Assembly (NCBI GenBank): GCA_963819655.1
Contig: CAWFXA010000003.1
Coordinates: forward strand, 896,001 to 960,000
Source: an uncultured Chloroflexia bacterium
GTDB lineage: Bacteria > Chloroflexota > Limnocylindria > Limnocylindrales > CSP1-4
Length of the DNA: 64,000 nt
Reading direction: 5' to 3'
Made by a program: the position numbers and the translations under genes. Of the stretch, positions 18,029-28,165 are shown piece after piece. Under the pieces are notes generated by a model, which was given only the letters and a program-made list of their open reading frames with translations, made no database searches and was not told the origin of the DNA. Positions within the stretch are counted from its first letter, which is position 1. The number at the start of each line of letters is the position of its first letter.

Positions 18029-19138
18029 CTAGCGCGTGGGCGGTGGCAGCCGCAGCTCCTGGCCGGACCGCAGGCCGCGGCTGCGCAGCCACGGGTTCCG
18101 CGCGTAGATGCTGTCCTGGGACACGCCGAAGTAGCGCGAGATACTGAACAGGTTGTCGCCGCTTCGGACTTTGTAGATCCAGCAGCGCGGCGTGCTCGGG
18201 CAGGCCCGCAGCAGTCGATAGCGGTCGGACTTCGGCGATGCGCGCGGCGTCGGCGTGGCCGTCGGCGCCGGTGTCGCTGACGGCGTCGGCGTCGGCGACG
18301 GGGTGACAGAAGGAGTCGGCGAGGGCGTGACCGAGGCGGACGAGGAGGACGACGTCGGCGCCACGACGGGTGCGCCCGACGCGGCGGACGGAGAGGCCGC
18401 GGCGACGGACGAGGGCGACGGGCTCGCGGCAAGACCCGGCGGGGCGATGTCCAGGGCGCCGCCACGGGCGAGCACGAAACCTACGGACGCACTCAACGCG
18501 AGGACGAGCACGACGAGCGACCCGAGCATCGCCGGCGACAGCGCCCGACCCTCGCGGACCACCGGTTTCGGCGTTTCGGCCATCACCGCGGCACCCCGCA
18601 GGTACCGCGGACAGTTCACGTGTCCGGTCGACAGGCAGACGAGCTCCTGCTGCCGCAGCGACTGCGGCACGGCCTCGGCGAGCGCGGCGCAGCGGTTGGT
18701 CGTGTCGGGCGTCTCGATCGGGGCGATCAGGCCGCTCTGGCCGGTCGCGCGCAGGAAGGGGCAGACGTTCGGGTCGGGCGAGCGATCGTCGAGGACCTGC
18801 AGCCATGATCGGCCGTCGTCAGTGGGCACCTCTGTCGGTGCGACGGTGACGACCGCTTCGTCGCGTTCGGTCAGCGCGATCGCGGCAAGCCCGGGGACGC
18901 GGAAATCTTTCGCGTCAGTGGACGACTCGGTCCGGGCTGTCGGGGCCGCCGTGACGCCCCCTGGGATCGCCGCGAGTGCTGCCGCAGCCCCGACTGCGTG
19001 CGCTGGGGACGCTCCGGCCCCAGACGTGTTCTGACGGCGTCGCTCGTTCGCGACAGGCGGGGATGGAGCATTCGGATCGATGTCGGTGCGCCGGCGGCGT
19101 GGGCGGGGGGCGGGCTGGAGCCCACGGTCGTCTGCCAC
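18029..19138 (-). CDS. Membrane-anchored LysM protein with N-terminal Cys/His motif
   Basis: CPFL...NRC...CL...H.NCPRY, TM helix, Pro/Thr/Ser linker, LysM YKVRSGDNLFSIS...GQELRLP. Confidence 0.85.
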   Translation of the reverse strand: MADDRGLQPAPRPRRRRTDIDPNAPSPPVANERRRQNTSGAGASPAHAVGAAAALAAIPGGVTAAPTARTESSTDAKDFRVPGLAAIALTERDEAVVTVAPTEVPTDDGRSWLQVLDDRSPDPNVCPFLRATGQSGLIAPIETPDTTNRCAALAEAVPQSLRQQELVCLSTGHVNCPRYLRGAAVMAETPKPVVREGRALSPAMLGSLVVLVLALSASVGFVLARGGALDIAPPGLAASPSPSSVAAASPSAASGAPVVAPTSSSSSASVTPSPTPSVTPSPTPTPSATPAPTATPTPRASPKSDRYRLLRACPSTPRCWIYKVRSGDNLFSISRYFGVSQDSIYARNPWLRSRGLRSGQELRLPPPTR

Positions 19139-19294
19139 TCAACCTCCCTCGATGATGCGCTCACGAGCGCATCCGGGACACCAGCCTAGTACCTTTCGTT
19201 CCTTGCCGTCGCCGAGAATCGGGTGCTAGTCTCCGGCGCCAAGATCGCAGGACGCTTGTCCGCCGATCGGATACGAGGCCGCGAACCGCATCTC

Positions 19295-19537
19295 ATGGCG
19301 CTCCCGCTCCCCGTCATCCCGCCCCAGCCCGACGCCTATCACCTGGCGCCGCACCGCATCAAGCGCTGCACGTTTCGGCGCCTGATCGACGTGGAAGCGG
19401 GCTCCGACCGCGTGTATGACGTCGAGTGCCTGTTCCCGGATCGGAAGATCCCGATCCCACTCGGGGATCTCGAGTCGGCGATGCCGATCTGCAACGCCTG
19501 CACGGCGCCGCACATCTTCCGCCCCGACGAGGACTAG
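19295..19537 (+). CDS. Small 4-Cys hypothetical protein (80 aa)
   Basis: Coding-like codon usage; C..., C..., CNAC; divergent from the LysM gene. Confidence 0.65.
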   Translation: MALPLPVIPPQPDAYHLAPHRIKRCTFRRLIDVEAGSDRVYDVECLFPDRKIPIPLGDLESAMPICNACTAPHIFRPDED

Positions 19538-19604
19538 GAGCTGGCACCCTCAACGGGCTGCTGACGCCACGCTCACCGAGGTCCGAGGCGGAGGCCCTCC
19601 GACG

Positions 19605-19657
19605 CCATCGGCCCGAGGTTTCCATCGCCCCGAGGTTTCCCCATCGGCCTGAGGTTT
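19605..19657. repeat. Three tandem 17-bp repeats CCATCGSCCYGAGGTTT
   Basis: Copies at 19605, 19622 and 19641, abutting the rnpB 3' end. Confidence 0.85.
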
Positions 19658-19659
19658 TT

Positions 19660-20041
19660 GTCAGCGAGGGCGGTCTGTAAGCCGAGTTCTGTGCCGATCG
19701 ACGCCGAAGCGTCAGCCGGCGATGGTCATCCATCTGAGGCCGTCGGTCGCCCGACGGCTCATGCGGCCGACCCGAGGGCTGGGCAGCGCGCCTCTCCCCC
19801 GACCGGTTGCCCGGTACGGGTTACGCCCTCCTATTTGGCCTTGCTCCGGGTGGAGTTTGCCCGTTTCACTCCGCCCCCGACCCGAAAGCCGGGCGTCGGC
19901 ATCGTCACTGTGGCACTGGTCCTCGTCTCACGACGGACGGGTATTACCCGCCACCCTGCGCTGTGGAGCTCGGACTTTCCTCACGGCACTTCGCGGGTCA
20001 CCCCGACCGGCGCCGCGCGACCATCCGACCGCCTCGCTGAC
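19660..20041 (-). ncRNA. rnpB: RNase P RNA (type A)
   Basis: GAGGAAAGTCCGAGCTCCACAG, AGTGCCACAG, CAGAACTCGGCTTAC conserved regions; terminal P1 pairing GTCAGCGAGG/CCTCGCTGAC. Confidence 0.97.
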
Positions 20042-20050
20042 GTCCTGATA

Positions 20051-21070
20051 CTACCCCTGGCAGAGCGAACCGGGGTCTGAGGCGACCGGATCCCCGAGGG
20101 TCGTGTCGCTGAGCTCGATGCGCGCCCCGCCTGCCGCATTGCGCTCCTCGATGAGGCCGACGTCGGGCGCGTACGACTTGTGCTCGAGGTGCCCCGGCTC
20201 GAGGGCGGTGAAGTCCTCGGTCACGAGCACGTCGGCGTAGGTCTTGTCGTCATGGACGACCGTGACGCCGAGCTCGCGGACGCGTGCGACATCCTCGGCA
20301 CGTGCCGCGTAGAACTCCTGGCGGTAGTAATCGCCGACGCGCGGCGCGGCGAGCATCACGATGCCGGGCTGCGCTCCATCGACACCTGCCTCCCACGCGC
20401 CCGCGCGACCGGCGATCGCCCCTCCGCTGCACTCGGCGGTGTCCTCGCCGAAATACCACACGTTCCCGTCGGCGTCCTGCGCGAACCAGTCATTGGTGTC
20501 CTCGATCAGCGACCCACCACGGAACGCCCGGTCGCGGACGACGACCGTCTGGACGCCCATCACCTGGCGGGTGCTCGACGTGACGGTGACGACGATCCGT
20601 TCGCCGCCGCCCTCGTACGTCCGCGTGGTGCCCGGGACAAGCGGCATGTACGGGTTGGTCACGGTCGTGCTGAAACCGGCCGGATCGAGCACCGGCCTGT
20701 AGGCGACCCCTTGCACGACCCCGGCCGGGTTATCGGTGAGGAGCGGACCGGACACCGGCGGAGGTGGCGGCCCCGAGACGACGGCCACCGCGAACAGCGC
20801 GAGCGCGGTCAGGATCGGCGCGATCACGATCAGCCATCGACCCCTCACCCACGCCCACGCCGCGAACAGGGTCAGCGCGCCCCACACTGCGGCGAGGGCC
20901 ACGCCCAGCCAGCCCTTCCCGACGGCCAGGACCGGGATGGCCAGTGCCAGCTGGAAGGCGCCGGCCGCGGTGCCGATCACGAACCAGCTCATGTTGCCCG
21001 CGACGCGACCCCAGCGGATCGGGCGATCGCGTGGCCAGGAGCCGTCCGGTCGCTCGCTCGGATCGTCCAT
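20051..21070 (-). CDS. Membrane protein with conserved extracellular domain (NPY.PL...WFAQD..GNVWYFGE...WEAGVDGA.PG)
   Basis: Three N-terminal TM segments plus a recognisable conserved hypothetical domain. Confidence 0.7.
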   Translation of the reverse strand: MDDPSERPDGSWPRDRPIRWGRVAGNMSWFVIGTAAGAFQLALAIPVLAVGKGWLGVALAAVWGALTLFAAWAWVRGRWLIVIAPILTALALFAVAVVSGPPPPPVSGPLLTDNPAGVVQGVAYRPVLDPAGFSTTVTNPYMPLVPGTTRTYEGGGERIVVTVTSSTRQVMGVQTVVVRDRAFRGGSLIEDTNDWFAQDADGNVWYFGEDTAECSGGAIAGRAGAWEAGVDGAQPGIVMLAAPRVGDYYRQEFYAARAEDVARVRELGVTVVHDDKTYADVLVTEDFTALEPGHLEHKSYAPDVGLIEERNAAGGARIELSDTTLGDPVASDPGSLCQG

Positions 21071-21564
21071 CAGGGCCTGTCCGGTCGCCGGACCACGGAG
21101 GTGGCACCTCCGGCGGTGGCGCGGTCGATCGCCTCGTTGGCCAGCGCGTCGGCGACGCTGTTCTGGGCCCTCGGCACGTGCGTCGCGGTCCATCGCCTGA
21201 ACCCGTTGAGCGTCGCGCGGGCCGCGGCCCACAGCGGGATGAGCTTGGGATCCTTGACGCGCCAGCGCCCGGACAGCTGCTCGACGATGAGCTTGGAATC
21301 GAGCAACAGGTGGACCTCGCCGGCGCCGAGCTCGCGGGCGAGCTCCAGCGCGCGGACGACGCCTGTGTACTCCGCGACATTGTTGGTCTGGACACCGAGA
21401 TAGTCGGAGATCGACGCGTCAGGCCGAGCACGCGGGTCGCGAGCATCGGAGCGCTCGGCCGCGAACAGGGCCGCGCCGGCCGATGCCGGTCCGGGGTTGC
21501 CGCGCGCCGCCCCATCGGTCCGGACGATGAACCCTGGCCGCTCGTCCACCCCTGCCTGGCTCAC
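21070..21564 (-). CDS. rnhA: Ribonuclease HI (actinobacterial/archaeal-like type)
   Basis: TDGAARGNPGPA, TNNVAEY, DSKLIVEQ, HVPRAQN..ADALAN; GTGA overlap with sdhB. Confidence 0.92.
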   Translation of the reverse strand: MSQAGVDERPGFIVRTDGAARGNPGPASAGAALFAAERSDARDPRARPDASISDYLGVQTNNVAEYTGVVRALELARELGAGEVHLLLDSKLIVEQLSGRWRVKDPKLIPLWAAARATLNGFRRWTATHVPRAQNSVADALANEAIDRATAGGATSVVRRPDRP

Positions 21565-22391
21565 TCGGGCGCCTGGTCTCCCGCCGGACCCGGTGGGCGG
21601 GGTTCGCCCTGCAGGACCGGCAGCTCGACCCGCGGACCCGCCTCCGCTCCCCCGCCCCGTAGCTTCCGCCATGCCCATTGGATAGGGTCGTAATAGGCGT
21701 CGGCGACACGTTCCTTGAGCGGGATGATCGCGTTGTCGGTGATCTTGATGTGCTCCGGGCAGACTTCCGTGCAGCATTTCGTGATATTGCAGTATCCGAT
21801 CCCGCCGCTGTCCTTGAGGTACTCGCGTCGATCGGCCTGGTCGATCGGATGCAGCTCCAGGCCGGCCGCCCGGACCAGGTAGCGCGGTCCCATGAAGGGG
21901 CGCTCGGTCTCGTGGTTGCGCAGGACGTGGCAGACGTCCTGGCACAGGAAGCACTCGATGCACTTCCGGTACTCCTGGACGCGATCGATGTCCGTCTGCT
22001 GCCAGCGCCACTCCTCCTGGGGGACGTCGTCGGGCGGCGTGAACGGCTGGATCGTCTTGTTGACCTCGTAGTTCCACGACACGTCGGTCACGAGGTCCCG
22101 GATGAGCGGGAAGGCCCGCATCGGCTCGACGGTGATCGGCTCCTCGAGATCGAAGTCCGACAGGCGCGTCTTGCATGTCAGGCGCGGCTGTCCGTTGACC
22201 TCGGCGCCGCACGAGCCGCATTTCGCGGCCTTGCAGTTCCAGCGGACCGCCAGGTCCGGTGCTCCGTTGCCCTGGATCCAGTGGAGGGCGTCGAGCACGA
22301 CCATGCCGGATTCGATCGGGACGTCGAACTCGTCGAACCGTGCCTCGCTCCCGGGCGTGCCGCGGAAGACCCGAAGGTGTGCTTCCGACAT
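21561..22391 (-). CDS. sdhB: Succinate dehydrogenase Fe-S subunit (Sdh1 type)
   Basis: WNCKAAKCGSC, CIECFLCQDVC, CNITKCCTEVCP. Confidence 0.93.
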   Translation of the reverse strand: MSEAHLRVFRGTPGSEARFDEFDVPIESGMVVLDALHWIQGNGAPDLAVRWNCKAAKCGSCGAEVNGQPRLTCKTRLSDFDLEEPITVEPMRAFPLIRDLVTDVSWNYEVNKTIQPFTPPDDVPQEEWRWQQTDIDRVQEYRKCIECFLCQDVCHVLRNHETERPFMGPRYLVRAAGLELHPIDQADRREYLKDSGGIGYCNITKCCTEVCPEHIKITDNAIIPLKERVADAYYDPIQWAWRKLRGGGAEAGPRVELPVLQGEPRPPGPAGDQAPE

Positions 22392-22405
22392 GCGCTCCTC
22401 CATGC

Positions 22406-24229
22406 TCAATGACCCGCCGTGAGGACGCCCTGCAGCTCGTCGCTCATGGCCGGCAACGGGGTCGTATAGATGGTCATGCGGCCGTCGGCGTCTCGGGCGA
22501 CGACGCTGTTGCGCCCGCCCCATGTCGCGTCATCGGTGTCCGGGTAGTCCAGGCGGCTGTGGGCGCCGCGGCTCTCGGTCCGTTGGCGGGCGCTGCGGGC
22601 GATCGCCTCCGACACGGTCAACAGGTTGCCGAGCTCGAACACGAGGTTCCAGCCCGGGTTGTACGGGCGACCGCCCGTGACACACGCCGACTCCCAGCGC
22701 CGGCGGAGCTCGGTGAGCTCGAGCAGAGCCTGGTCCAGGTCCTCCTCGACGCGGAAGATGCCGACCTGGCGCTGCATCACCGACTGGAGGTCGCGCTGGA
22801 TGGCGTAGGGGTCCTCGCCGGCCGTCCGCTCCAACGGCGTGTCGAGGACCCGGAGCGCATCCTGCACCTGCACCGGGTCCACGTACGGCTGACCGCTCTC
22901 GCCGGCCGCGTGCGCGGCGGCGGCCTTGCCCGTCCGCGCGCCGAACACGAGCAGGTCCGACAGCGAATTGCCGCCCAGCCGGTTGGCGCCATGCATGCCG
23001 CCCGCCACCTCGCCTGCGGCGAACAGGCCGGGGACCCGGCTCTCCCCCGTCTCGGCGTCGACCCTGATGCCACCCATCACGTAGTGCGTCGTGGGGCCGA
23101 CCTCCATCGGCCCTTTCGTGATGTCGACGTCGGCCAGCTCCTTGAACTGCTCGTACATCGAAGGCAGCTTGCGCCGGACGTGGTCCGCGGGCAGATAGCT
23201 GATGTCGAGGTACACGCCACCGTGCGGCGTCCCGCGACCGTCCTTCACCTCGGTGTAGATCGCGCGCGAGACGTTGTCGCGGGTCGAGAGCTCGGGCGGT
23301 CGTCGTGCGTCGGTCTGCTTGGCCTGCGATTGCGCCTGGACCCAGCGGGCGGCCTCGTCGGCGTTGGCCGCGTACTCGTCGCGTCGATCCTCAGGGAGGT
23401 ACTTCCACATGAACCGCTCACCCATCGCGTTGCGAAGGATGCCGCCCTCCCCTCGGACGGCCTCGGTCACGAGCAGCCCGCGCACACCGGGCGGCCAGAC
23501 CATGCCGGTCGGGTGGAACTGCACGAACTCCATGTCCATGAGCTCGGCGCCCGCGTCGTAGGCGAGCGACTGGCCGTCGCCGCTGTACTCCCACGAATTC
23601 GACGTCACCTCGTACGCCTTGCCGATGCCGCCGGTGGCCAGCACGACGGCCTTGGCCGCGAACACGATCGGCCGTCCGGTCGTGCGCCAGTAGCCGACCG
23701 CGCCGGTCACCCCATCCCGATCGGTGATGAGCCGTGTGATCGTGCACTCCATGTAGACGTCGATGCCGGCCGCCACCGCGCGATCCTGGAGCGTGCGGAT
23801 CATCTCGAGACCGGTGCGGTCGCCGACGTGAGCCAGGCGCGGGTACGAGTGACCACCGAACGGTCGCTGGAGGATGCGGCCGTCGGCCGTGCGATCGAAC
23901 ACCGCTCCCCATTGCTCGAGCTCACGAACACGCGCCGGCGACTCCAGCGCGTGCAGCTCGGCCATGCGCGGGTTGTTGAGCTTCTTGCCGCCGACCATCG
24001 TGTCGCGGAAATGGACCTGCCACGAATCAGCAGGCGCGACATGCGCCAGGGCCGCCGCCACACCGCCCTCCGCCATGACCGTGTGTGCCTTGCCGAGGAG
24101 CGATTTGCACACGAGCCCGACGTCGGCGCCGGCCGCGCGTGCCTCGATCGCGGCGCGAAGCCCGGCCCCGCCCGCGCCGACGACGAGCACGTCGTGGGGC
24201 CGGGTCTGCGGTTCCGTGGGGAATGTCAT
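22406..24229 (-). CDS. sdhA: Succinate dehydrogenase flavoprotein
   Basis: GAGGAG, AHTVMAEGG (covalent FAD His), QFHPT, HYVMGG, HGANRLGGNSL, ESRGAH. Confidence 0.96.
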   Translation of the reverse strand: MTFPTEPQTRPHDVLVVGAGGAGLRAAIEARAAGADVGLVCKSLLGKAHTVMAEGGVAAALAHVAPADSWQVHFRDTMVGGKKLNNPRMAELHALESPARVRELEQWGAVFDRTADGRILQRPFGGHSYPRLAHVGDRTGLEMIRTLQDRAVAAGIDVYMECTITRLITDRDGVTGAVGYWRTTGRPIVFAAKAVVLATGGIGKAYEVTSNSWEYSGDGQSLAYDAGAELMDMEFVQFHPTGMVWPPGVRGLLVTEAVRGEGGILRNAMGERFMWKYLPEDRRDEYAANADEAARWVQAQSQAKQTDARRPPELSTRDNVSRAIYTEVKDGRGTPHGGVYLDISYLPADHVRRKLPSMYEQFKELADVDITKGPMEVGPTTHYVMGGIRVDAETGESRVPGLFAAGEVAGGMHGANRLGGNSLSDLLVFGARTGKAAAAHAAGESGQPYVDPVQVQDALRVLDTPLERTAGEDPYAIQRDLQSVMQRQVGIFRVEEDLDQALLELTELRRRWESACVTGGRPYNPGWNLVFELGNLLTVSEAIARSARQRTESRGAHSRLDYPDTDDATWGGRNSVVARDADGRMTIYTTPLPAMSDELQGVLTAGH

Positions 24230-24245
24230 GGTCGGGCCGGATGGG

Positions 24246-25058
24246 TCAGATCTGGATCCGGATCGCCGGGTCGGCGATGACACCGAGCGCGAGCAGCCGG
24301 ACGTACAGGTCCGCGGCCGTCACGGAGATCAGGCTCACCCACGCCCATGCCATGTGTTGCATGTTGAGCGACGTGAGCTGCTGCCACAGCGACCGGCGCA
24401 CCTTGGCCCGACGCGAACAGGAGAAGCAGTCCAACCGTCCGCCGACGATGTGGCGGAGCGAGTGACACGACAACGAGTAGCCGGTGAGCAGGAAGGCGTT
24501 GACGAAGAGGATCGCGCCACCGAGCCCGAGCCGATATCCGCCGCCATGGGTGACCGCCAGCCATGCGTCCAGCCACAGGAAGAACAACGGGATGAAAGCG
24601 AGATAGAGGAAGTAGCGATGGACGTTCTGCAGGATGAACGGGAAGGCGTTCTCCAGCCTGTAGCCGTGGTGGACCTTCGGCTCGCCGACCGCGCAGCCGG
24701 GCGGATCGGCGAAATAGAAGCGGTAGTAGGCCTTGCGGTAGTAGTAGCAGGTGGCGCGGAACCCGAGCGGGATCCACAGGATGAACAGGCCGGGGCTGAT
24801 CCACGTCGGAAGCCACTCGGGCCTGATCAACGGCGAGAACAGCGGGGACAGGTAGCCATCGACCTCGTAGGCCGTCCCGAACAGCGGTGTCCAGATGATC
24901 CCGCTGACGAACAGGTACGTCGCGCAGATCGTGAAGAGCGTCCCCTGGGCGAGCGGCGCCGTCCACCACCGGTCGAGCCGCCGCGTCGTACCGAACCCGG
25001 CCGGGGCCGTGCCGGCCGGCTTGCGCGGGGTACGAAGGCTGCCGACGAGGCCCGTCAT
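24246..25058 (-). CDS. Sdh1-type membrane anchor (Rv0249c/SdhF-like)
   Basis: [45 protein letters not shown]...AW.SL. Confidence 0.85.
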   Translation of the reverse strand: MTGLVGSLRTPRKPAGTAPAGFGTTRRLDRWWTAPLAQGTLFTICATYLFVSGIIWTPLFGTAYEVDGYLSPLFSPLIRPEWLPTWISPGLFILWIPLGFRATCYYYRKAYYRFYFADPPGCAVGEPKVHHGYRLENAFPFILQNVHRYFLYLAFIPLFFLWLDAWLAVTHGGGYRLGLGGAILFVNAFLLTGYSLSCHSLRHIVGGRLDCFSCSRRAKVRRSLWQQLTSLNMQHMAWAWVSLISVTAADLYVRLLALGVIADPAIRIQI

Positions 25059-26077
25059 CGCGCTGCGCTCACACCGGAGCTCAGCCGCTCGATGACCGCG
25101 TCCGCGAACGCCGCGGTCCCGAGTGAACCGCCCAGGTCGTGGGTCGTCCGGCCCTCGCCGATGGTCTCGCGCACGGCCGTCTCGACGCGATCCGCCTCGG
25201 CGACATATCCGAGATGGCGGAGCATCAGCGCGCCGCTCAGGATCAAAGCGGTCGGGTTGGCCTTGTCGAGGCCGGCGTATTTGGGCGCGGATCCGTGCAC
25301 CGGCTCGAAGACCGCGGCCTCCGTCCCGATGTTGGCGCCCGGCGCGACACCCAGCCCGCCGACGAGACCCGCCGCGAGGTCCGAGACGATGTCGCCGTAC
25401 AGGTTGGGCAGCACCAGCACGTCGTACAGCTCGGGCTTCTGGACGAGCTGCATGCACATGTTGTCGACGATGCGGTCCTCGAACTCGATGCGGCCGTCGT
25501 AGTCGGCCGCGACCGTCCGGCAGCTCTCGAGGAACAGCCCGTCCGACAGCTTCATGATGTTCGCCTTGTGGACCGCGGTGACCTTGCGCCGGCCGTTCGC
25601 GACCGCGTAGTCGAACGCAAAGCGGGCGATCCGCTCGGACGCCGCGCGGGTGATGATCTTGATGCTCTCCGCCGCGTCCGGCCCGACCATGTGCTCGATG
25701 CCGGCGTACAGGTCCTCGGTGTTCTCCCGGACGATGACAAGGTCGACGTCCTCGTAACGCGACTCGAGGCCCTTGATGCTGCGGGCCGGCCGCAGGTTCG
25801 CGTACAGCCCGAGGACCTGGCGGAGCGTCACGTTGACGCTGCGGAAGCCCTCCCCGACCGGGGTCGTGATCGGCCCCTTCAGGGCGACCTTGTTGCGCTT
25901 GATCGACTGGAGGACGTGCTCCGGGAGTGGCGTCCCGTACTCGGCCAGCACGGCCTCGCCCGCCTCGACGACCTCCCATTCGAACGCGATCCCGGTGGCA
26001 TCGAGGACGCGTCGTGTCGCCTCCGCCAGCTCCGGACCGATGCCGTCGCCGGGGATCAGAGTGACTGGGTGGGCCAT
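25055..26077 (-). CDS. icd: Isocitrate dehydrogenase (NAD-type IDH/IPMDH family)
   Basis: [51 protein letters not shown]; in an operon with sdh. Confidence 0.88.
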   Translation of the reverse strand: MAHPVTLIPGDGIGPELAEATRRVLDATGIAFEWEVVEAGEAVLAEYGTPLPEHVLQSIKRNKVALKGPITTPVGEGFRSVNVTLRQVLGLYANLRPARSIKGLESRYEDVDLVIVRENTEDLYAGIEHMVGPDAAESIKIITRAASERIARFAFDYAVANGRRKVTAVHKANIMKLSDGLFLESCRTVAADYDGRIEFEDRIVDNMCMQLVQKPELYDVLVLPNLYGDIVSDLAAGLVGGLGVAPGANIGTEAAVFEPVHGSAPKYAGLDKANPTALILSGALMLRHLGYVAEADRVETAVRETIGEGRTTHDLGGSLGTAAFADAVIERLSSGVSAAR

Positions 26078-26199
26078 GGCCCGATTGTATCCGGGCAGGC
26101 AGACGCGGCGCGGCCGGCCACCTCGCGGAGGGTGACCGGCCGCTGGCTCGTCGATCCAGGGGCAGGTCCCCGTCACACGGGTCCATCGGCGACGTCAGG

Positions 26200-27465
26200 T
26201 CAGGGTGCGAGGCGTTGCATGTCGACGAACTCGAAACCGCCGGAGCCGAGACTCGTGCCTGGTGAACCATCGAGCGGCATGAGGTGCGTCGCTCCATCCG
26301 TGTCGTCCCCGTATCGAACCAGGAGCGCTGATCCGTCGGGCGCGAATACCCACGAGGCCGGGACGCCGCTGTTGTCCCGAGGTCCGGACTTCTTCGGACC
26401 GATCGGCCGCTCGTTGCCGGATCCGTCGCTGTTGGCGACGACGATCTGGAACTGACCCTTTAGGTCGATCCGCGCGTAGGCCACGAGCTTCATGTCGGGC
26501 GAATAGACCGCGCCGAGCTGACCCGTCCCAGCCGTCGCCGAGAACGGCCGTTCGGTGCCGGTTGCCATGTCGAGGGCGTAGACGCGCGGGATACCGGCCT
26601 CAGACCAGCGGGTGAACGTGACGGTCGAACCGTCCGGCGACAGGGCGATCCCCTGGTAGTCGAATTCGTTGTTCGCCGGCGTCTTCGACAGCTCACGTCG
26701 CTTCGCTGTCCCGTCTGCGGCGATCGCGAAGATCGCCGGGCGTGTGCCTTCAGCGCGGTACACGATGTCCGTCCCGTCAGGCGGCAGGAACGTCGGGAAG
26801 TGGGCGCGGCCGGTGCCCTCCAGTCGTCTCGGTGGGTTGCCGTCGAGACCGACGACCCACATGACGCCTTTCGCCATGTAAGCAACCCGATCGCCCCTCG
26901 GCGACCAGTCGATCCAGTCGAGACTCTCGGTCGGTGGTGTCAGCGCACGGCTCTCGGATCCGTCCGCGTTTGCCACGTGCAGCGTCAGCATGGCGGGCTC
27001 GGCCAGCGGTCCATCGGAGCGGAGGAACATCATCTTGGTCCCGTCACGCGAGAAGATCGGCGAGAAGTCGAACCCGTCGCCGATCGAGAGCAGACGTGAC
27101 TGCTGCGTCGTGCGGTCGATGAGGTAGATGTCACCATCCCGGCTGGTCACCAGATCTCCGTTGCGCGCCAGCCCGAACGGCGGCGGGAGCCGCTGTTGCG
27201 AGCCGGCAGCCAGGATCGCGATCGCGAGCACGACGAGGACGAGCGCTGCCACGAGCAGCAGCCGTCCGGGCCGCGGCACGGTGAACAGGCGCGGGCGGAA
27301 TGTCGTATCCACGGGGAGCCACCTTTCGAGGCTCGACCATGCCGGCCGCTGACGCGTGACCCTGGTGGCCTGCAGCACCTCGTCGAGGTGGTCGGGCACC
27401 CGGAAGTCCGCATCCTCGTGGAGCCAGGACGACATGACGCGGTCGAGGCGATCGTTCGTCGTCAT
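26200..27465 (-). CDS. Putative anti-sigma factor with TolB/PD40-like beta-propeller
   Basis: N-terminal ...TRQRP.W, TM helix, repeated FS/WSPDG motifs; ATGA overlap with ECF sigma. Confidence 0.75.
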   Translation of the reverse strand: MTTNDRLDRVMSSWLHEDADFRVPDHLDEVLQATRVTRQRPAWSSLERWLPVDTTFRPRLFTVPRPGRLLLVAALVLVVLAIAILAAGSQQRLPPPFGLARNGDLVTSRDGDIYLIDRTTQQSRLLSIGDGFDFSPIFSRDGTKMMFLRSDGPLAEPAMLTLHVANADGSESRALTPPTESLDWIDWSPRGDRVAYMAKGVMWVVGLDGNPPRRLEGTGRAHFPTFLPPDGTDIVYRAEGTRPAIFAIAADGTAKRRELSKTPANNEFDYQGIALSPDGSTVTFTRWSEAGIPRVYALDMATGTERPFSATAGTGQLGAVYSPDMKLVAYARIDLKGQFQIVVANSDGSGNERPIGPKKSGPRDNSGVPASWVFAPDGSALLVRYGDDTDGATHLMPLDGSPGTSLGSGGFEFVDMQRLAP

Positions 27466-28022
27466 GCCGGCCTGCCTTCCACGAGATCACCCTGGAGACG
27501 CGAGTCGGCGTCAAGCGCCGCCCGCATCTCGCCGAGGGCGCGGTGCAGCCGCGACTTGGCGGTCCCCAGGGGGATCCCCAGGGTCGCCGCAACAGCCGGC
27601 AACGGAAGGTCGAGATAGTGATGGAGGACGATCACGGCTCGCATCTCCGGTTCGAGCCGAAGGAAGCCGCGTTCGAGTCGGTCGCGATCGTCGACGACGG
27701 AGACGTCGTCGACGATGGAAGGAACGGCGATCGTGGTGAGGTCGACCTCGAGCCTGTGGCGTCGCAGCCGCCGCGCCTCATCGATGCAGGCGTGGACGAG
27801 CAGGCGATGCAGCCAGGCATCGAAGCGATCGGGGTCGCGCAGCGTGGGCAGATCACGCCAGGCCCGGACGAGTGTGTTCTGGACGGCGTCCTTGGCCTGT
27901 TCGGTATCGCGCAACATGAGCCAGGCGGCGGCATCCAGACGGGAGATCGCGGCGCCTGCCAGCTCGGCGAAGGCGTCATGATCGCCCTTCCGCGCTCGCT
28001 CCACGAGGTCTCGCTGCATCAC
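27462..28022 (-). CDS. ECF RNA polymerase sigma factor
   Basis: GDHDAF, DAVQ..L.RAW, F.AWL, GIPLGTAKSRLHRA. Confidence 0.93.
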   Translation of the reverse strand: MMQRDLVERARKGDHDAFAELAGAAISRLDAAAWLMLRDTEQAKDAVQNTLVRAWRDLPTLRDPDRFDAWLHRLLVHACIDEARRLRRHRLEVDLTTIAVPSIVDDVSVVDDRDRLERGFLRLEPEMRAVIVLHHYLDLPLPAVAATLGIPLGTAKSRLHRALGEMRAALDADSRLQGDLVEGRPA

Positions 28023-28165
28023 GCCCCTCGGCAGTGGCGCGACCCACGTGGCCGCGCTCGACGAGTATGGCGAGGCGACATCCCGAAACCGTTCCGTCTC
28101 GGGCCTCGCGGCTCCGGAGCTGGCGGCTCGGGAGCCCGCGACTCTGCGCCGCTAGACTCCCTCGG

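Noticed and set aside
18240-18430. GGCGTC-type repeats
   Set aside because: They encode the Pro/Thr/Ser linker of the LysM protein
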